A DNA stretch of 64,000 nucleotides from an uncultured Aminicenantes bacterium (GTDB lineage Bacteria; Acidobacteriota; Aminicenantia; UBA2199), in contig CBDAFS010000040.1 in assembly GCA_965195285.1 (NCBI GenBank), forward strand, positions 32,791 through 96,790. The letters are read 5' to 3'. The number at the start of each line of letters is the position of its first letter. Position 1 is the stretch's first letter. Of the stretch, positions 8,598 to 19,356 are shown piece by piece. The position numbers and the translations under genes were made by a program. Under the pieces are notes generated by a model. It was not told the origin of the DNA, did no database searches, and saw only the letters and a list, made by a program, of their open reading frames with translations.

Positions 8598-9659
8598 ATG
8601 GCAGAAGATTTGTTGAAGAGCATCAAACAAATGAGCAAGGAACGCGGGATTTCCCCAGATATTTTCTATACTGCCATTGAAGAAGCCCTCCTCACCGTTT
8701 CCCAAAAATACTTTGAAGAAGGTACCGATATACAGGTGGAAATTGACAAGGAAAAAGGGCAGATTCAGGTCTTCACCACCAAACTAATCGTAAGAAATGC
8801 AAAAGACCCTATCTCTGAAATAGACTGGAAGGAAGCGTTGAAACTCAATCCAAAAGTCAGAGAGGGTGATGAAATCAAAATATTCCTTCCCGGTGAAACC
8901 CTGGGAAGAATAGCCGCACAGTCAGCAAAACATATCATCATGAACAAGGTACTACAGGCAGAACAACAGAGAATCTATGAAAAGTACTTTCCCCTCACCG
9001 GAACCCTGCTTTCCGGTGAGATTCGGCGAAAGGAGAAAGACAACCTGATTGTGGGCCTGGATATCGGCGAAGCCATTTTGCCCCCCAAGGAATTATCTCC
9101 CAAAGATGCTTTTAAAAGAGGCGAGATCGTCAAATTTTTAATCAAAAGGGTTTTTTCTGAGGGTAACGGGCCATTAATACTGGGATCAAGATATATGAAT
9201 GATTTTGTTATAGAACTCATCAAAAAGGAAGTACCGGAGGTTTCTGAAGGCATTGTGAAGATATTTTCAATTTCTCGGGAACCCGGAACCAAAACCAAGG
9301 TAGCGGTTTATTCCATTGATAAAAGTGTTGACCCGGTCGGTGCCATTGTGGGAATGAGTGGCAACCGGGTTCTGTCTATTAGCAAAGAACTCCATGGAGA
9401 ACGGATAGATGTAATTGCCTGGAGTAATTCCCCCGATCGATTCATTGCCTCAGCCTTAACACCTGCAGAAGTGTTGAAGGTAATTATCATTGATCAAGAT
9501 AACTGCAAGGCCGAAGTGACCGTATCCGCGGAATCACTGTCCTCGGCTATCGGGAAAAAGGGCATCAATATCAAACTGGCCTCCAAATTGACCCAGTGGA
9601 ATATTCAACTTACCAACGAAATGGAAAACAGAACTGAAACGAATCAAAAAAAATTGTAG
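8598..9659 (+). CDS. nusA: Transcription termination factor NusA
   Basis: GRIAAQSAK, REPGTKTKVAV, DPVGAIVG and AIGKKGINIKLASKLT motifs. Confidence 0.97.
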   Translation: MAEDLLKSIKQMSKERGISPDIFYTAIEEALLTVSQKYFEEGTDIQVEIDKEKGQIQVFTTKLIVRNAKDPISEIDWKEALKLNPKVREGDEIKIFLPGETLGRIAAQSAKHIIMNKVLQAEQQRIYEKYFPLTGTLLSGEIRRKEKDNLIVGLDIGEAILPPKELSPKDAFKRGEIVKFLIKRVFSEGNGPLILGSRYMNDFVIELIKKEVPEVSEGIVKIFSISREPGTKTKVAVYSIDKSVDPVGAIVGMSGNRVLSISKELHGERIDVIAWSNSPDRFIASALTPAEVLKVIIIDQDNCKAEVTVSAESLSSAIGKKGINIKLASKLTQWNIQLTNEMENRTETNQKKL

Positions 9660-9670
9660 GAGAAAGCTCT

Positions 9671-11983
9671 ATGCAAACCATAAAATTACACGAAGCGACC
9701 AAGCAGTTTGAAATTTCAAATAAATTGGCCATGTTTTATCTGAAAAAGAAAAAAGTACCGGTTAAATCCCATTCCTCGGTTATATCCATGGAACAACTGG
9801 AACTGTTACGGGAATTTTCATCCAATCAGGATAAATACACCAAGCTCATTAATGAATTTAAGGATTCCCAAACCAAATCAAAATCAACCAAGACAGTAAA
9901 AACCGATACCGCCCCGAAAAAAGAACCGGAGAAAAAAGTGGAAATACCAAAGCAGAAAAAATCCCCGGCCAAAAAAACCCCGAAAGTAAAAATTGAGGAA
10001 AAGGATATTCCAAAAGAAAAAAAGCCAATAATCGAAAAAATAGAAAAAAAAGAGGAAAAAAAGGTAACCCCAAAACCTCCCGAACCTCTGAAAATTATTC
10101 CCAAAAGGGAGCCGGAGAAGAAGAAACCTGCCAAACCGGAACAGCCAAAAAAACCGGAAGCGCCTCCAAAGGAAATGAAGGAAAAAACACCCCCTGTTGT
10201 CAAACCCAGACCTGAGAAGAAATTCCCCAATTTACCGGAAACGATTCAAATATCCGATTTTATTACCTATAAAGAACTTTGCGAAAAATTGAATCTAAAA
10301 TTAAAAGATGTTGGTAAAAAATTGAAACACCTCAGCCAACAACATCAAACCAACCAGCTGCTTAACCTGGAAGACATCAAGAACATCTGCGGTGAATTTA
10401 AAGTTGAATTTGATCTGAAAGGTTACGAGGATTATATTTTTAATGAAGGTATCGAAAAAAGCGGCGCAAAATTAATTCCCCGGGTACCAGTGGTTGCCGT
10501 AATGGGACATGTGGATCATGGAAAAACCACTCTATTGGATCATTTAAGAAAGACCCAGGTGGCCGCTAAAGAAGCTGGCGGAATCACCCAGAAAATTGGG
10601 GCTTATTTGCTTCGAATTAATAAAAATGCAATTGTGTTCATCGATACACCGGGTCATGAAGCCTTTACCAACCTGCGAGCCCGGGGTGCGCAAGTAACCG
10701 ATCTGGTTATTCTGGTTGTGGCTGCCAACGAAGGGGTTAAACCCCAGACCATCGAAGCCATTAATCACGCCCTGGCAGCCAAGGTTCCCATTATCGTGGC
10801 CATCAATAAAATAGATATGAAAGGTGCGGAACCGGATAAGGTCAAACAGGAACTGAGCCAACACAACATCCTGGTGGAGGATTGGGGCGGAGATATCGTT
10901 TCAGTGGAAATCTCTGCCAAAACCGGCCAAAACCTGGATGCCTTACTGGAAATGATCAGCCTGGTTACCGAAATGCAGGAACTTAAGGCCTATAAAGATA
11001 TCCCGGCCCGGGGCACCATTATCGAGTCCCGCCTGGATCCCAAGCTGGGTTCGATGGGCACGATTTTAATTCAACACGGCCAGCTACACAGAGGAGATCA
11101 CTTCATCTGCGGCAACTCCATCGGTAAAGTCAAATCAATATTCAATGACAAAGGAGAGACCATTGATACTGCAGAAGCACCCATGCCGATTGAGATAATG
11201 GGTTTTGATGAAATTCCCAATTCCGGAGATAAATTCCAGGTCATAGATGATATCGAAAAAGCCAGAAAAATCATTGAAATGAGAAAACTCAGAGAAAAGG
11301 AAAGTAAAAAGGAAGAAATCGACGCTGAAAAAAAACTGAGTCTGCAAAATCTTTTTAAAAAAATGGAAGCGAGCAAAACCAAGATATTCCCCATCATTAC
11401 AAAAACCGATAATTTCGGTTCGGGTGAGGTTATTGAAAAACTGTTACTGGAAAAAAATGCTGACAACCTGACCATTGATATCATCCACAAGGGTATCGGC
11501 AATATCACTGAGGGGGATATACTGCTGGCATCAACAGCCGGAGCCATTATCATTGGGTTTAACATCAAGGTTCCCCAAAAAGTATTGATCCTTGCCAAAA
11601 GGGAACAAATCGAAATCAAACTGTTTGATGTTATTTATCATCTCATTGAGGAAATTGAAAAATCCATCAAGGGTGAAATCGTACCGGAATATATTAGCAA
11701 TCTCATTGGAAAAATCGAAGTGCTTCAGAAATTCAAGATTTCAAAGCTCGGACTCGTAGCCGGTTGCATTGTCAAAGAAGGCAAGGTAACCAATAAATCA
11801 AAACTCAAGGTAGTCAGGGGAAACGATCTCGTTTTCGAAGGTGATATCGAAACCCTGAAGAGGGTCAAGGATGAAGTTTCTGAAGTCAGGGCAGGGACCG
11901 AATGCGGGATCAAAATAAAGAACTTCAATTCCATTGAGGTCGGCGATATAATTGAAGCATACGAATTAACTCTGAAAGAATGA
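9671..11983 (+). CDS. infB: Translation initiation factor IF-2
   Basis: [21 protein letters not shown] and NKID motifs; K/P/E-rich N-terminal linker. Confidence 0.98.
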   Translation: MQTIKLHEATKQFEISNKLAMFYLKKKKVPVKSHSSVISMEQLELLREFSSNQDKYTKLINEFKDSQTKSKSTKTVKTDTAPKKEPEKKVEIPKQKKSPAKKTPKVKIEEKDIPKEKKPIIEKIEKKEEKKVTPKPPEPLKIIPKREPEKKKPAKPEQPKKPEAPPKEMKEKTPPVVKPRPEKKFPNLPETIQISDFITYKELCEKLNLKLKDVGKKLKHLSQQHQTNQLLNLEDIKNICGEFKVEFDLKGYEDYIFNEGIEKSGAKLIPRVPVVAVMGHVDHGKTTLLDHLRKTQVAAKEAGGITQKIGAYLLRINKNAIVFIDTPGHEAFTNLRARGAQVTDLVILVVAANEGVKPQTIEAINHALAAKVPIIVAINKIDMKGAEPDKVKQELSQHNILVEDWGGDIVSVEISAKTGQNLDALLEMISLVTEMQELKAYKDIPARGTIIESRLDPKLGSMGTILIQHGQLHRGDHFICGNSIGKVKSIFNDKGETIDTAEAPMPIEIMGFDEIPNSGDKFQVIDDIEKARKIIEMRKLREKESKKEEIDAEKKLSLQNLFKKMEASKTKIFPIITKTDNFGSGEVIEKLLLEKNADNLTIDIIHKGIGNITEGDILLASTAGAIIIGFNIKVPQKVLILAKREQIEIKLFDVIYHLIEEIEKSIKGEIVPEYISNLIGKIEVLQKFKISKLGLVAGCIVKEGKVTNKSKLKVVRGNDLVFEGDIETLKRVKDEVSEVRAGTECGIKIKNFNSIEVGDIIEAYELTLKE

Positions 11984-12261
11984 TAATCGGTATAATGACC
12001 TTGGATCTAATCGCTGAAAATTCACATAGCTTGAAAGAAAAAAGACATATCGTCTCCAGTATAAAAGACAAATTAAAGTATAAATTCAATGTTTCCCTGA
12101 TTGAAAGTGACTATCAGGATTTATGGCAAAAAATCCAGATTACCATTGTCATGGCTGCCAATAAGAAAGTTCTGGCAGAAAAAGTGTTTCACCAGATTGA
12201 AGAAATTATCTTTTCAAATTATGGCGTTCAAATTATTCACGTCAATAAAGAGTATATTTAA
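11980..12261 (+). CDS. DUF503 (YlxP-like) protein
   Basis: SLKEKR...KFNVSLIE.D.QDLWQ; conserved position after infB. Confidence 0.9.
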   Translation: MIIGIMTLDLIAENSHSLKEKRHIVSSIKDKLKYKFNVSLIESDYQDLWQKIQITIVMAANKKVLAEKVFHQIEEIIFSNYGVQIIHVNKEYI

Positions 12262-12267
12262 CCCATC

Positions 12268-12591
12268 ATGCCCTACCGAAAACAAAGATTCATCAGCACC
12301 TTAAAACAAAGCCTTGGAGATATATTGCTGAACGAGATCCATAATCCCGAACTTCAATTTATTTCAATCTCAGAGGTGAGTGTCAGCAATGATCTGAAAA
12401 AGGCCAGTATCTATGTGTCTTCTCCCACCCAGAATATTGAAAATATTATCGAACAACTGAATAAGGCCAAGGGATTTATAAAGAAAAGACTGCCGGAAAA
12501 AATGAGCCTGAGATATGTTCCGGAACTGGATTTTTATGAAGATGCGGGTTTTGAAATGGATCAGAAAATCTCCGATATGAACCAAACCTGA
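12268..12591 (+). CDS. rbfA: Ribosome-binding factor A
   Basis: ISEVSVSNDLKKASIYVS...LRYVPELDFYED. Confidence 0.95.
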   Translation: MPYRKQRFISTLKQSLGDILLNEIHNPELQFISISEVSVSNDLKKASIYVSSPTQNIENIIEQLNKAKGFIKKRLPEKMSLRYVPELDFYEDAGFEMDQKISDMNQT

Positions 12592-12592
12592 A

Positions 12593-13558
12593 ATGAAAAA
12601 ACAAATTTCAAAAATAATCAATGATTCAAAAAAAATTGCCATCAGTTCACATGTGCGCCCAGATGCTGACTCTATCGGAAGTGGCCTTGCCCTCTGTTTG
12701 ATGCTCAAACAATTGGGCAAACAAGTTCAATTCATGAACACCGACCTTGCACCCTACCCCCTGACCAAATTGCCCGGTTATGAACTCATCCAGTATGAAC
12801 AGATTTATCCTCAGCCTTTTGACATCCTCATACTTGTGGAAGGTGGTACCGAATCCAGAACCGGCCAGAAACACATTGATCAATACTTCACCATCAATAT
12901 TGATCACCATGCCACCAGCAGCCAGGATGCCAACATAAACTGGGTGGTTCCTGAAGCGGCTGCGGTTGGCGAATTAATATATGAACTGGGATTTCAACTT
13001 AATGTTCGATTCACCCGGGACATTGGTTTTAACCTTTATGCAGCCATTATTTCCGATACCGGTTCATTCAAATATTCCAATACTACCCACAAGTCATTGA
13101 GAATTGCATCGGAGTTGGTTGAAAAGTGCCAGTTCTTACCTCATGAAGTAAGCAATCTGCTGTTTAATTCAAATCAATACGACAAAGTGAAGATGATACC
13201 CAAGATTCTATCCACATTGGAATTGAAATTAAATAACCGGGTATCCATCATTGAATTCCGACAACATTTCCTGGAAAATCTGAACCTAAAAGAAATTGAA
13301 ACCGAAGATATTATTGCAGTTGCCAGGTCAATAGACGGTGTACAGGTAACCCTGTTTTTCAAGGAGATCGACACGGATTTATTCCGGGTATCCATCCGAT
13401 CCAAGGGAAATTTTAATTCACAACTGGTGGCCAGTGAATTTGATGGCGGGGGACATGCCCATGCTGCCGGCTTCTTTTTCAACGGCAATATCAACCAGGC
13501 CAAAGAAAAAATTCTCCCGGTAATACAGGATCATTTTGACAATTGCTCTCAGAAATGA
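12593..13558 (+). CDS. nrnA: DHH-family oligoribonuclease / pAp phosphatase
   Basis: HVRPDADSIGS, NIDHH, SDTGSF and GGGHAHAAG motifs. Confidence 0.93.
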   Translation: MKKQISKIINDSKKIAISSHVRPDADSIGSGLALCLMLKQLGKQVQFMNTDLAPYPLTKLPGYELIQYEQIYPQPFDILILVEGGTESRTGQKHIDQYFTINIDHHATSSQDANINWVVPEAAAVGELIYELGFQLNVRFTRDIGFNLYAAIISDTGSFKYSNTTHKSLRIASELVEKCQFLPHEVSNLLFNSNQYDKVKMIPKILSTLELKLNNRVSIIEFRQHFLENLNLKEIETEDIIAVARSIDGVQVTLFFKEIDTDLFRVSIRSKGNFNSQLVASEFDGGGHAHAAGFFFNGNINQAKEKILPVIQDHFDNCSQK

Positions 13559-14457
13559 TATCGGGCCTTCTCGTCGTAAACAAAGCCAGTAATATGACTT
13601 CACACTCGGTTGTGGAAAAGATCAGAACTTTATACCATATACCAAAGGTTGGACATTTCGGAACATTGGATCCCATGGCTGAAGGTATTTTACTGGTGGG
13701 GATTGGTAAAGCCACCAAATTTTTTGACTTTTATATTCAAAAAAAGAAACTGTATTCCGGAACCATAAAATTCGGTTGCCCCACTTCAACCTATGATAGG
13801 GAAGGCACACCCCTGTCTGAAATAAATGACATCGACTTGAATGGAATTGATCTCGATTCCTTACTCAGTGAATTTACTGGGGAAATTCATCAAATTCCTC
13901 CTGCCTATTCAGCCAAAAAGTACAAAGGCAAACCGCTTTATAAATATGCCCGGGAAAAAAAGCCAATTGATATAAAACCGGTTATGGTAACCGTCTACTC
14001 CCTGAAAGGAAAAATTCTCAATCCGGACACCCTCTGGTTTGAAGCCCAGACATCGGCCGGCACCTATATCCGTTCCCTGGCCCATGATATGGGCCAGAAA
14101 CTGGGTGTGGGAGCTTATCTGGATACGTTGAAGAGATTGAGCATCGGTGAGTTTGACCTGACCGCAGCAGTTTCAAGTGAGCAATTATCCAACCGGATCC
14201 ATATAACAGACTTTTCAAAATTGGTCATCCCTATCGAAAGTTTGCTGCCGGAATTCCCGAAAGTTATTGTGACCGAGACAGGGAAAAGGGGGGTGATAAA
14301 CGGAGTTCCCCTGGTAACGAAAGAGATTATTAAAATTCTCCCCTCAATCAACAAAACCTATTTTCGAATATTTGATGAAGAGGGAAAACTCCTGGCCATT
14401 GCCCGCAAGGATGACAAGATCAGGCAGTTCAATCCCTTTATCGTCTTCCCGGACTGA
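13555..14457 (+). CDS. truB: tRNA pseudouridine(55) synthase
   Basis: GHFGTLDPMAEG, PPAYSAKK and SAGTYIRSLA motifs. ATG 13555 overlaps the nrnA stop. Confidence 0.96.
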   Translation: MISGLLVVNKASNMTSHSVVEKIRTLYHIPKVGHFGTLDPMAEGILLVGIGKATKFFDFYIQKKKLYSGTIKFGCPTSTYDREGTPLSEINDIDLNGIDLDSLLSEFTGEIHQIPPAYSAKKYKGKPLYKYAREKKPIDIKPVMVTVYSLKGKILNPDTLWFEAQTSAGTYIRSLAHDMGQKLGVGAYLDTLKRLSIGEFDLTAAVSSEQLSNRIHITDFSKLVIPIESLLPEFPKVIVTETGKRGVINGVPLVTKEIIKILPSINKTYFRIFDEEGKLLAIARKDDKIRQFNPFIVFPD

Positions 14458-14525
14458 TAAAATAATAATCTTTACAATAAATTCGGAAATAGCATAACCG
14501 GAATTGGATCTGCCGGTAACAGAAA

Positions 14526-15128
14526 TTAATAAAAGAAGACTGGGCTAACCACTCGATTGGACAGGTCAAAACGAAGGCCTTCTATTTGCAATAAGGCCCT
14601 TTTCATATCCATCCCTCCCTGAAATCCGCCCAAAGACCGGTCTGATCGAATAGCCCGATGACAGGGAATAATAATCGGAAAAGGATTGTTGGCCAGGGCA
14701 TTGCCTACTGCCCGCGCCGCATTCGATTTTCCCAGAAAGCGGGCAATTCGCCGGTAGGTACTAACAGCCCCCCGGGGGATTTCGTATTCGACACGCAAAA
14801 CTTCTTTCTGAAAATCAGAACAGATATCCATTTGCACATGATCAAGCGAAAACTTGACCGGTTTTCCTCCCAGAAAGAGTTCAATCTCATCAGCCATTGC
14901 CTCCATTTCCGGACAGGTTGCCCGAATCGAATGGGGAAATAGGGCCTTAAGCCTCAATTCAGCTGATTGATCCGGTCCTGAAAGCAATATCCGATAGAGG
15001 GCTGGCTTTTCATTTCGGGATGACCAGAGCACCACCAGCTGACCAAAAGAGGTCAGTCGGGTCATGTTCTTAATTTTTGCATCCATTCGTGAAATTTGCC
15101 CAGCTGACCCGAACCGGTTTTTCCTCAA
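14526..15128 (-). CDS. ogt: Methylated-DNA-protein-cysteine methyltransferase
   Basis: ARAVGNALANNP and IPCHR active site. Confidence 0.92.
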   Translation of the reverse strand: MRKNRFGSAGQISRMDAKIKNMTRLTSFGQLVVLWSSRNEKPALYRILLSGPDQSAELRLKALFPHSIRATCPEMEAMADEIELFLGGKPVKFSLDHVQMDICSDFQKEVLRVEYEIPRGAVSTYRRIARFLGKSNAARAVGNALANNPFPIIIPCHRAIRSDRSLGGFQGGMDMKRALLQIEGLRFDLSNRVVSPVFFY

Positions 15129-15775
15129 TAATATATGGTAATCTTAAAAGAGCCTGAATTATTCTCAAAATTAAAATCATTGATGCCGACATACAGTCTG
15201 TTTTTTCGGTCCATATGAAATGGGGCCTTATCATTCCCCACATAGAATGGTTTTCCCCTTTCTCCGATTTTTGAAATAACCGCACCGGTTGGATGATGGG
15301 GAAGCGGCTTGTTTTTATTCAAGGTAAGATTCAATTCACCATTTTGGAAAACCCGGGTATTTTCATCAATATTTATGAAACCGGTGACTGAGAAGAGAAC
15401 TTCCTGACCGATATTCACATTGATACCCGTATCCAGCCAGTTCTGGTTTCCCTTAATCACAATGGTTTTTTTTCTTTTGTTCTGTCTGAACTTTTGATAA
15501 CTGGATTCGATATCAAAGGATGATAAAAGGCCTTCTTTCTCCCGTTTATTGAATTCAATTTTCCAAACCTGTGATAACGGGAATCTCATGAGTCGGTAAA
15601 ATTTTCCAAACCTATATGCGTTAAGAAAAATCACATTGTATTTGAAAGCAACCATTTGACCCTCAAATACCTTTCCATCAACCGTATAGAGGAAATCTGC
15701 TGACAGATCAACCTGCAAGAGAATGAGGAAACACAAAACAACCATCAAGTATTTGCTATTTTTATTCATTTCCAA
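15125..15775 (-). CDS. Secreted hypothetical protein with a C-terminal beta-sandwich (LecA/PA-IL-like) domain
   Basis: Signal peptide; WLDTGINV..GQ....TG ... LYVGIND...NNSGSF pattern. Confidence 0.65.
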   Translation of the reverse strand: MEMNKNSKYLMVVLCFLILLQVDLSADFLYTVDGKVFEGQMVAFKYNVIFLNAYRFGKFYRLMRFPLSQVWKIEFNKREKEGLLSSFDIESSYQKFRQNKRKKTIVIKGNQNWLDTGINVNIGQEVLFSVTGFINIDENTRVFQNGELNLTLNKNKPLPHHPTGAVISKIGERGKPFYVGNDKAPFHMDRKNRLYVGINDFNFENNSGSFKITIYY

Positions 15776-16581
15776 TAAATACCTTTATAGACTATTTTAC
15801 AAAAATTTTCAAGATATATCTTCCGGATTCCACTTATTTTTATGTTTTCCGATGGTGTCGGGAACGAAAGACTGTCATGGATTTTTTTTAAACGCTGCAT
15901 GACCGCAAAAACAGCCGCACTGCCGGTTGAGGAAAACAGGGTCCTCCCGACCCCCCTTTCGTAATAAAAAATTTGAAGCGGTCTTTCCGCATCCTGACAG
16001 AACAGTTCCACATTGGTCCCCTGAGGAAAAATCGGGGCAGAAGCCAGCTCTTTTGCCATGGCCTGAAGTTTGTGGTCTGAAGAAAATTCAGATAACAACA
16101 CCACTGCATGCGGGTTCCCAACTGAAACCGGAACAAAAGCAATATTCTGATACCGGTACTCGAGACGGTTGGATTCCAGAAAGGGAAAAAATTCAGCTTG
16201 CTGAAAGTTGGGTTCGCCGATTTCAATTCGAAGTTTGAATTTGTTTCCCGTTCTTTCGATCAATTCCACCGCTTTTTTGCCAACCCCGGTATTCAACATG
16301 ACACCATCCCGGAAATGATTCAACTGAAAAAGAACCGAAGCCAGGCCTGCCATTCCATTCCCCGACAGTTCGGCCCGGGTACCATCCTGATTGTATATTT
16401 GAAAATCAGCAGATTTTTTCTGAATCCGGTAATATACAACTCCATCCGCACCAGCGCCGGAATTTCTATTGCAGACAACTCTGGCCAGTTCGCTTTTTTG
16501 CTGGTCCCTGCTTAAATCAGCTTCTTCCAGATCAATATGAATAAAATCATTTCCGGAGCAAACCGTTTTATAAAAAATCAT
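15766..16581 (-). CDS. dapF: Diaminopimelate epimerase (Ser in place of both catalytic Cys)
   Basis: GNDF, GADG, NQDGTRAELSGNG, GNPH, FPQGTNVE and ERGVGRTLFSSTG motifs. Confidence 0.9.
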   Translation of the reverse strand: MIFYKTVCSGNDFIHIDLEEADLSRDQQKSELARVVCNRNSGAGADGVVYYRIQKKSADFQIYNQDGTRAELSGNGMAGLASVLFQLNHFRDGVMLNTGVGKKAVELIERTGNKFKLRIEIGEPNFQQAEFFPFLESNRLEYRYQNIAFVPVSVGNPHAVVLLSEFSSDHKLQAMAKELASAPIFPQGTNVELFCQDAERPLQIFYYERGVGRTLFSSTGSAAVFAVMQRLKKIHDSLSFPTPSENIKISGIRKIYLENFCKIVYKGIYWK

Positions 16582-18005
16582 ACGGGAAGTTTAAACTTTA
16601 TGAAAAATTCATCTCCATTCCGATTCATATAGAAAAAGACAGAAGATCCGGGCTTTTTTTGAGCAATAATACGTCTGAATTCTTCAACACTCTCAATCTC
16701 GGTGCGGTTAATTGCCAGGATGACATCTCCCTCTTTGATTCTGTTTTCCTGGGCCACGCCTCCACGTTTAACACTTTGCACCACCAATCCTTTGGAAGTC
16801 CTAAGCCCATATTTCCTGGCCAGAGACGGTGTGTTCCTGACCAGAACCATTCCCAGGTCCATGCTGCTGCCATCATCTTGAGTCCGGAATTTAACCGAAT
16901 CCGGCGCTTCGCCAACTTTTACCGTTACTTTCTGACGTTTTGATCCCCGGTATATGGTAAGCCGGATTTCATCTCCGGGACTCAAGTTGGCAATCTTGAT
17001 TTTTAATTTTTCAGCGGTTTTAATTTTGTTATTGTTGACCTCAACCACCAGGTCATATTTTTTCAAACCTGCTTTCTGAGCAGGCGAATCGTCTTCAACC
17101 CTTACAATTAAAACCCCGCCCATCTCCAGATCCAGTTCCTTGGCATCTGCGTCATTGATACTCTGTATATTAACACCCAAAAAACCGCGGACAACCCTTC
17201 CTTTGGATTTCAAATCCTCCACGACCTTTTTAGCAAGATTTGAAGGAATGGCAAAACCAACACCCACATTTCCACCGGTCGGGGCAATAATGACCGAATT
17301 AATTCCAATCACTTTACCGTCCATATTAATGAGAGGGCCCCCGGAATTTCCCCTATTGATAGCCGCATCGGTTTGAAGAAAATCTTCGATATCAGCAGCG
17401 CCCAACTGCCTTCCTTTGGCAGAAATAATTCCAGCCGTCACACTTAAGTCCTGATAAAAAGGATTACCGATAGCCAAAACCCATTCGCCGACTTCAACTC
17501 CATTGGAATCACCGAGTTCAATGTAAGGCAGCTTATTGTCCTTGATTTTCAACAGAGCCAGATCGGTTCTGGGATCAACTCCGATTTTCTTTGACTTGTA
17601 TTCTTTCCCATGGATATCGAATATTGATATTTTCACGGCATTTTTCACCACATGATAGTTGGTTAAAATATAACCATCCGGGGAAATGAGAAAACCGGAT
17701 CCCACACCGGAAACCTTTTCCCTTCTTTTGGGAACGCTAAAAAATCGATCAAAAAAATCATCACCAAAAGTGGTACCACCCCTCTCAACGATTGATTCCG
17801 ATATCACTTTGACCACCGCAGGCCTCACTCGCTTCACCAAGGGAGCAAAATTCAGTCCATTGACCTTGATGGTTTCAGCCCGGGCAATGGTCGGACTCAA
17901 GACGGATCTATTGGATTCAGATTTCTGTAAGTACCCAAATGTTAAAGCAAAGAACAATGCCCCGGCAAGGAAACTTATTCCAACAACCAAACCAATTTTC
18001 TTCAT
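16578..18005 (-). CDS. degP: Do/DegP-family serine endoprotease with two PDZ domains
   Basis: GSGF, TNYHV, DLAL and QTDAAINRGNSGGPL motifs. Confidence 0.95.
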   Translation of the reverse strand: MKKIGLVVGISFLAGALFFALTFGYLQKSESNRSVLSPTIARAETIKVNGLNFAPLVKRVRPAVVKVISESIVERGGTTFGDDFFDRFFSVPKRREKVSGVGSGFLISPDGYILTNYHVVKNAVKISIFDIHGKEYKSKKIGVDPRTDLALLKIKDNKLPYIELGDSNGVEVGEWVLAIGNPFYQDLSVTAGIISAKGRQLGAADIEDFLQTDAAINRGNSGGPLINMDGKVIGINSVIIAPTGGNVGVGFAIPSNLAKKVVEDLKSKGRVVRGFLGVNIQSINDADAKELDLEMGGVLIVRVEDDSPAQKAGLKKYDLVVEVNNNKIKTAEKLKIKIANLSPGDEIRLTIYRGSKRQKVTVKVGEAPDSVKFRTQDDGSSMDLGMVLVRNTPSLARKYGLRTSKGLVVQSVKRGGVAQENRIKEGDVILAINRTEIESVEEFRRIIAQKKPGSSVFFYMNRNGDEFFIKFKLPV

Positions 18006-18098
18006 GGCAACCTCCTCAACTTAATTAATCAACCAATATTCAATTTTGACCATTATTCAAGATATTTTGAATTTGACGCTTATATTGATTAAAAAGTT

Positions 18099-19286
18099 TC
18101 AATTTTTTCCCAAACTTTTAATATACGATATTATACCATAATACAGGCCATTTGCAATCAGATAGCGGTAGTAAGAAGTCTTTAACCGTTTTGCTTCATG
18201 TATATTGCTTAAGAATGAAGTTTCCACCAAAGATGCCGGCATTCTGGCCCCTATCAATACATAAAATGGCGCTTTTTTCACACCCAGATTGGTGATTTTA
18301 CTATATTTACTTTTTAATTGCTTGACCACATGCTTTTGAATAAATTGGGAAAGAATTCTTGATTCGGATTTTTTGGCATTTTTTACAATCTGTTTCACAA
18401 TGGTTTCCATCTCTCCAATTGATTTTTTACTGATTGCATTTTCCTGAGCAGCCACACTCATTGACCAGGGATCTGTGGTCAGATTCAGATAATAGGTCTC
18501 AATTCCCCGGGTAGTTTTCCGGGGAGCAGAATTGACATGAATGGAAACAAACAAATCGCTTTTCTTGGAATTGGCAATGGCGGTTCTCTCTTCCAGGGAA
18601 ATATAACGGTCGCGCTCCCGGGTCAGAATAATCTCATATTTTGAATTTTTTTTAAAAATGCTTTTCAGTCTTCTGGCCAGATCCAGAGTTATGGTTTTTT
18701 CATAGAGCTTCAGTGAGCGGTTAAAAGTACCCGGATCCTTTCCCCCGTGCCCCGGGTCAATGACAATCCGGTGAACCCCTAGCCCCAGTTGCCTGACCAT
18801 GGAATACTGACCTTCGATCTGCTCAGGTGTTGAATCCACCCGGTCCGAACGGCTTGAAACCGATTTATCAATATGATTGATATCATCCTGGAAAATATCA
18901 AAGACCACTCTGAAAGGCGAGCTCAAATAAAACTTGTCATATTTTCCGATCTTATCAAAATCAAACACAATTCTCAAATTATGTTTTTGCCGCTGCCCCA
19001 ATCTAATTCTTTTCAAGTTTCCGGATTTTATCAGTATTTCCTTTTTGTTGGCTTCCGGGTAAGCTTTGGAAAAATCGCAGTCCGGTAAATCAAAATAAAG
19101 CCGGGTCAGATTCTGTCCGGGTAAAAGTTTTTCCTGAACTTTCAGTGAAGCGGAAAGATCGAGTACAACCCGGGTATAGTCGGGATATGCATAATAACGG
19201 ATATTTAATAATTGATTGTTTTTTTTTGTAGACAGATTGGCGATGAGAAGGATAAAAAGAAAAAGGAAAAAAAAGGCTTTTTTCAT
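18099..19286 (-). CDS. N-acetylmuramoyl-L-alanine amidase (AMIN + Amidase_3)
   Basis: IDPGHGGKDPG, FVSIHVNS and LVETSFLSN motifs; N-terminal TRVVLDL AMIN domain. Confidence 0.94.
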   Translation of the reverse strand: MKKAFFFLFLFILLIANLSTKKNNQLLNIRYYAYPDYTRVVLDLSASLKVQEKLLPGQNLTRLYFDLPDCDFSKAYPEANKKEILIKSGNLKRIRLGQRQKHNLRIVFDFDKIGKYDKFYLSSPFRVVFDIFQDDINHIDKSVSSRSDRVDSTPEQIEGQYSMVRQLGLGVHRIVIDPGHGGKDPGTFNRSLKLYEKTITLDLARRLKSIFKKNSKYEIILTRERDRYISLEERTAIANSKKSDLFVSIHVNSAPRKTTRGIETYYLNLTTDPWSMSVAAQENAISKKSIGEMETIVKQIVKNAKKSESRILSQFIQKHVVKQLKSKYSKITNLGVKKAPFYVLIGARMPASLVETSFLSNIHEAKRLKTSYYRYLIANGLYYGIISYIKSLGKN

Positions 19287-19356
19287 AACCTATAAATGTA
19301 CTAAAAAAAGCCCTGAAAATCAAATTTGACCGGTCTACCGGCCAAAAATTCTCGGC

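Noticed and set aside
9860-10230. A-rich low-complexity stretch and antisense Phe/Gly-rich ORFs
   Set aside because: This is the ordinary Lys/Pro/Glu-rich IF-2 linker.
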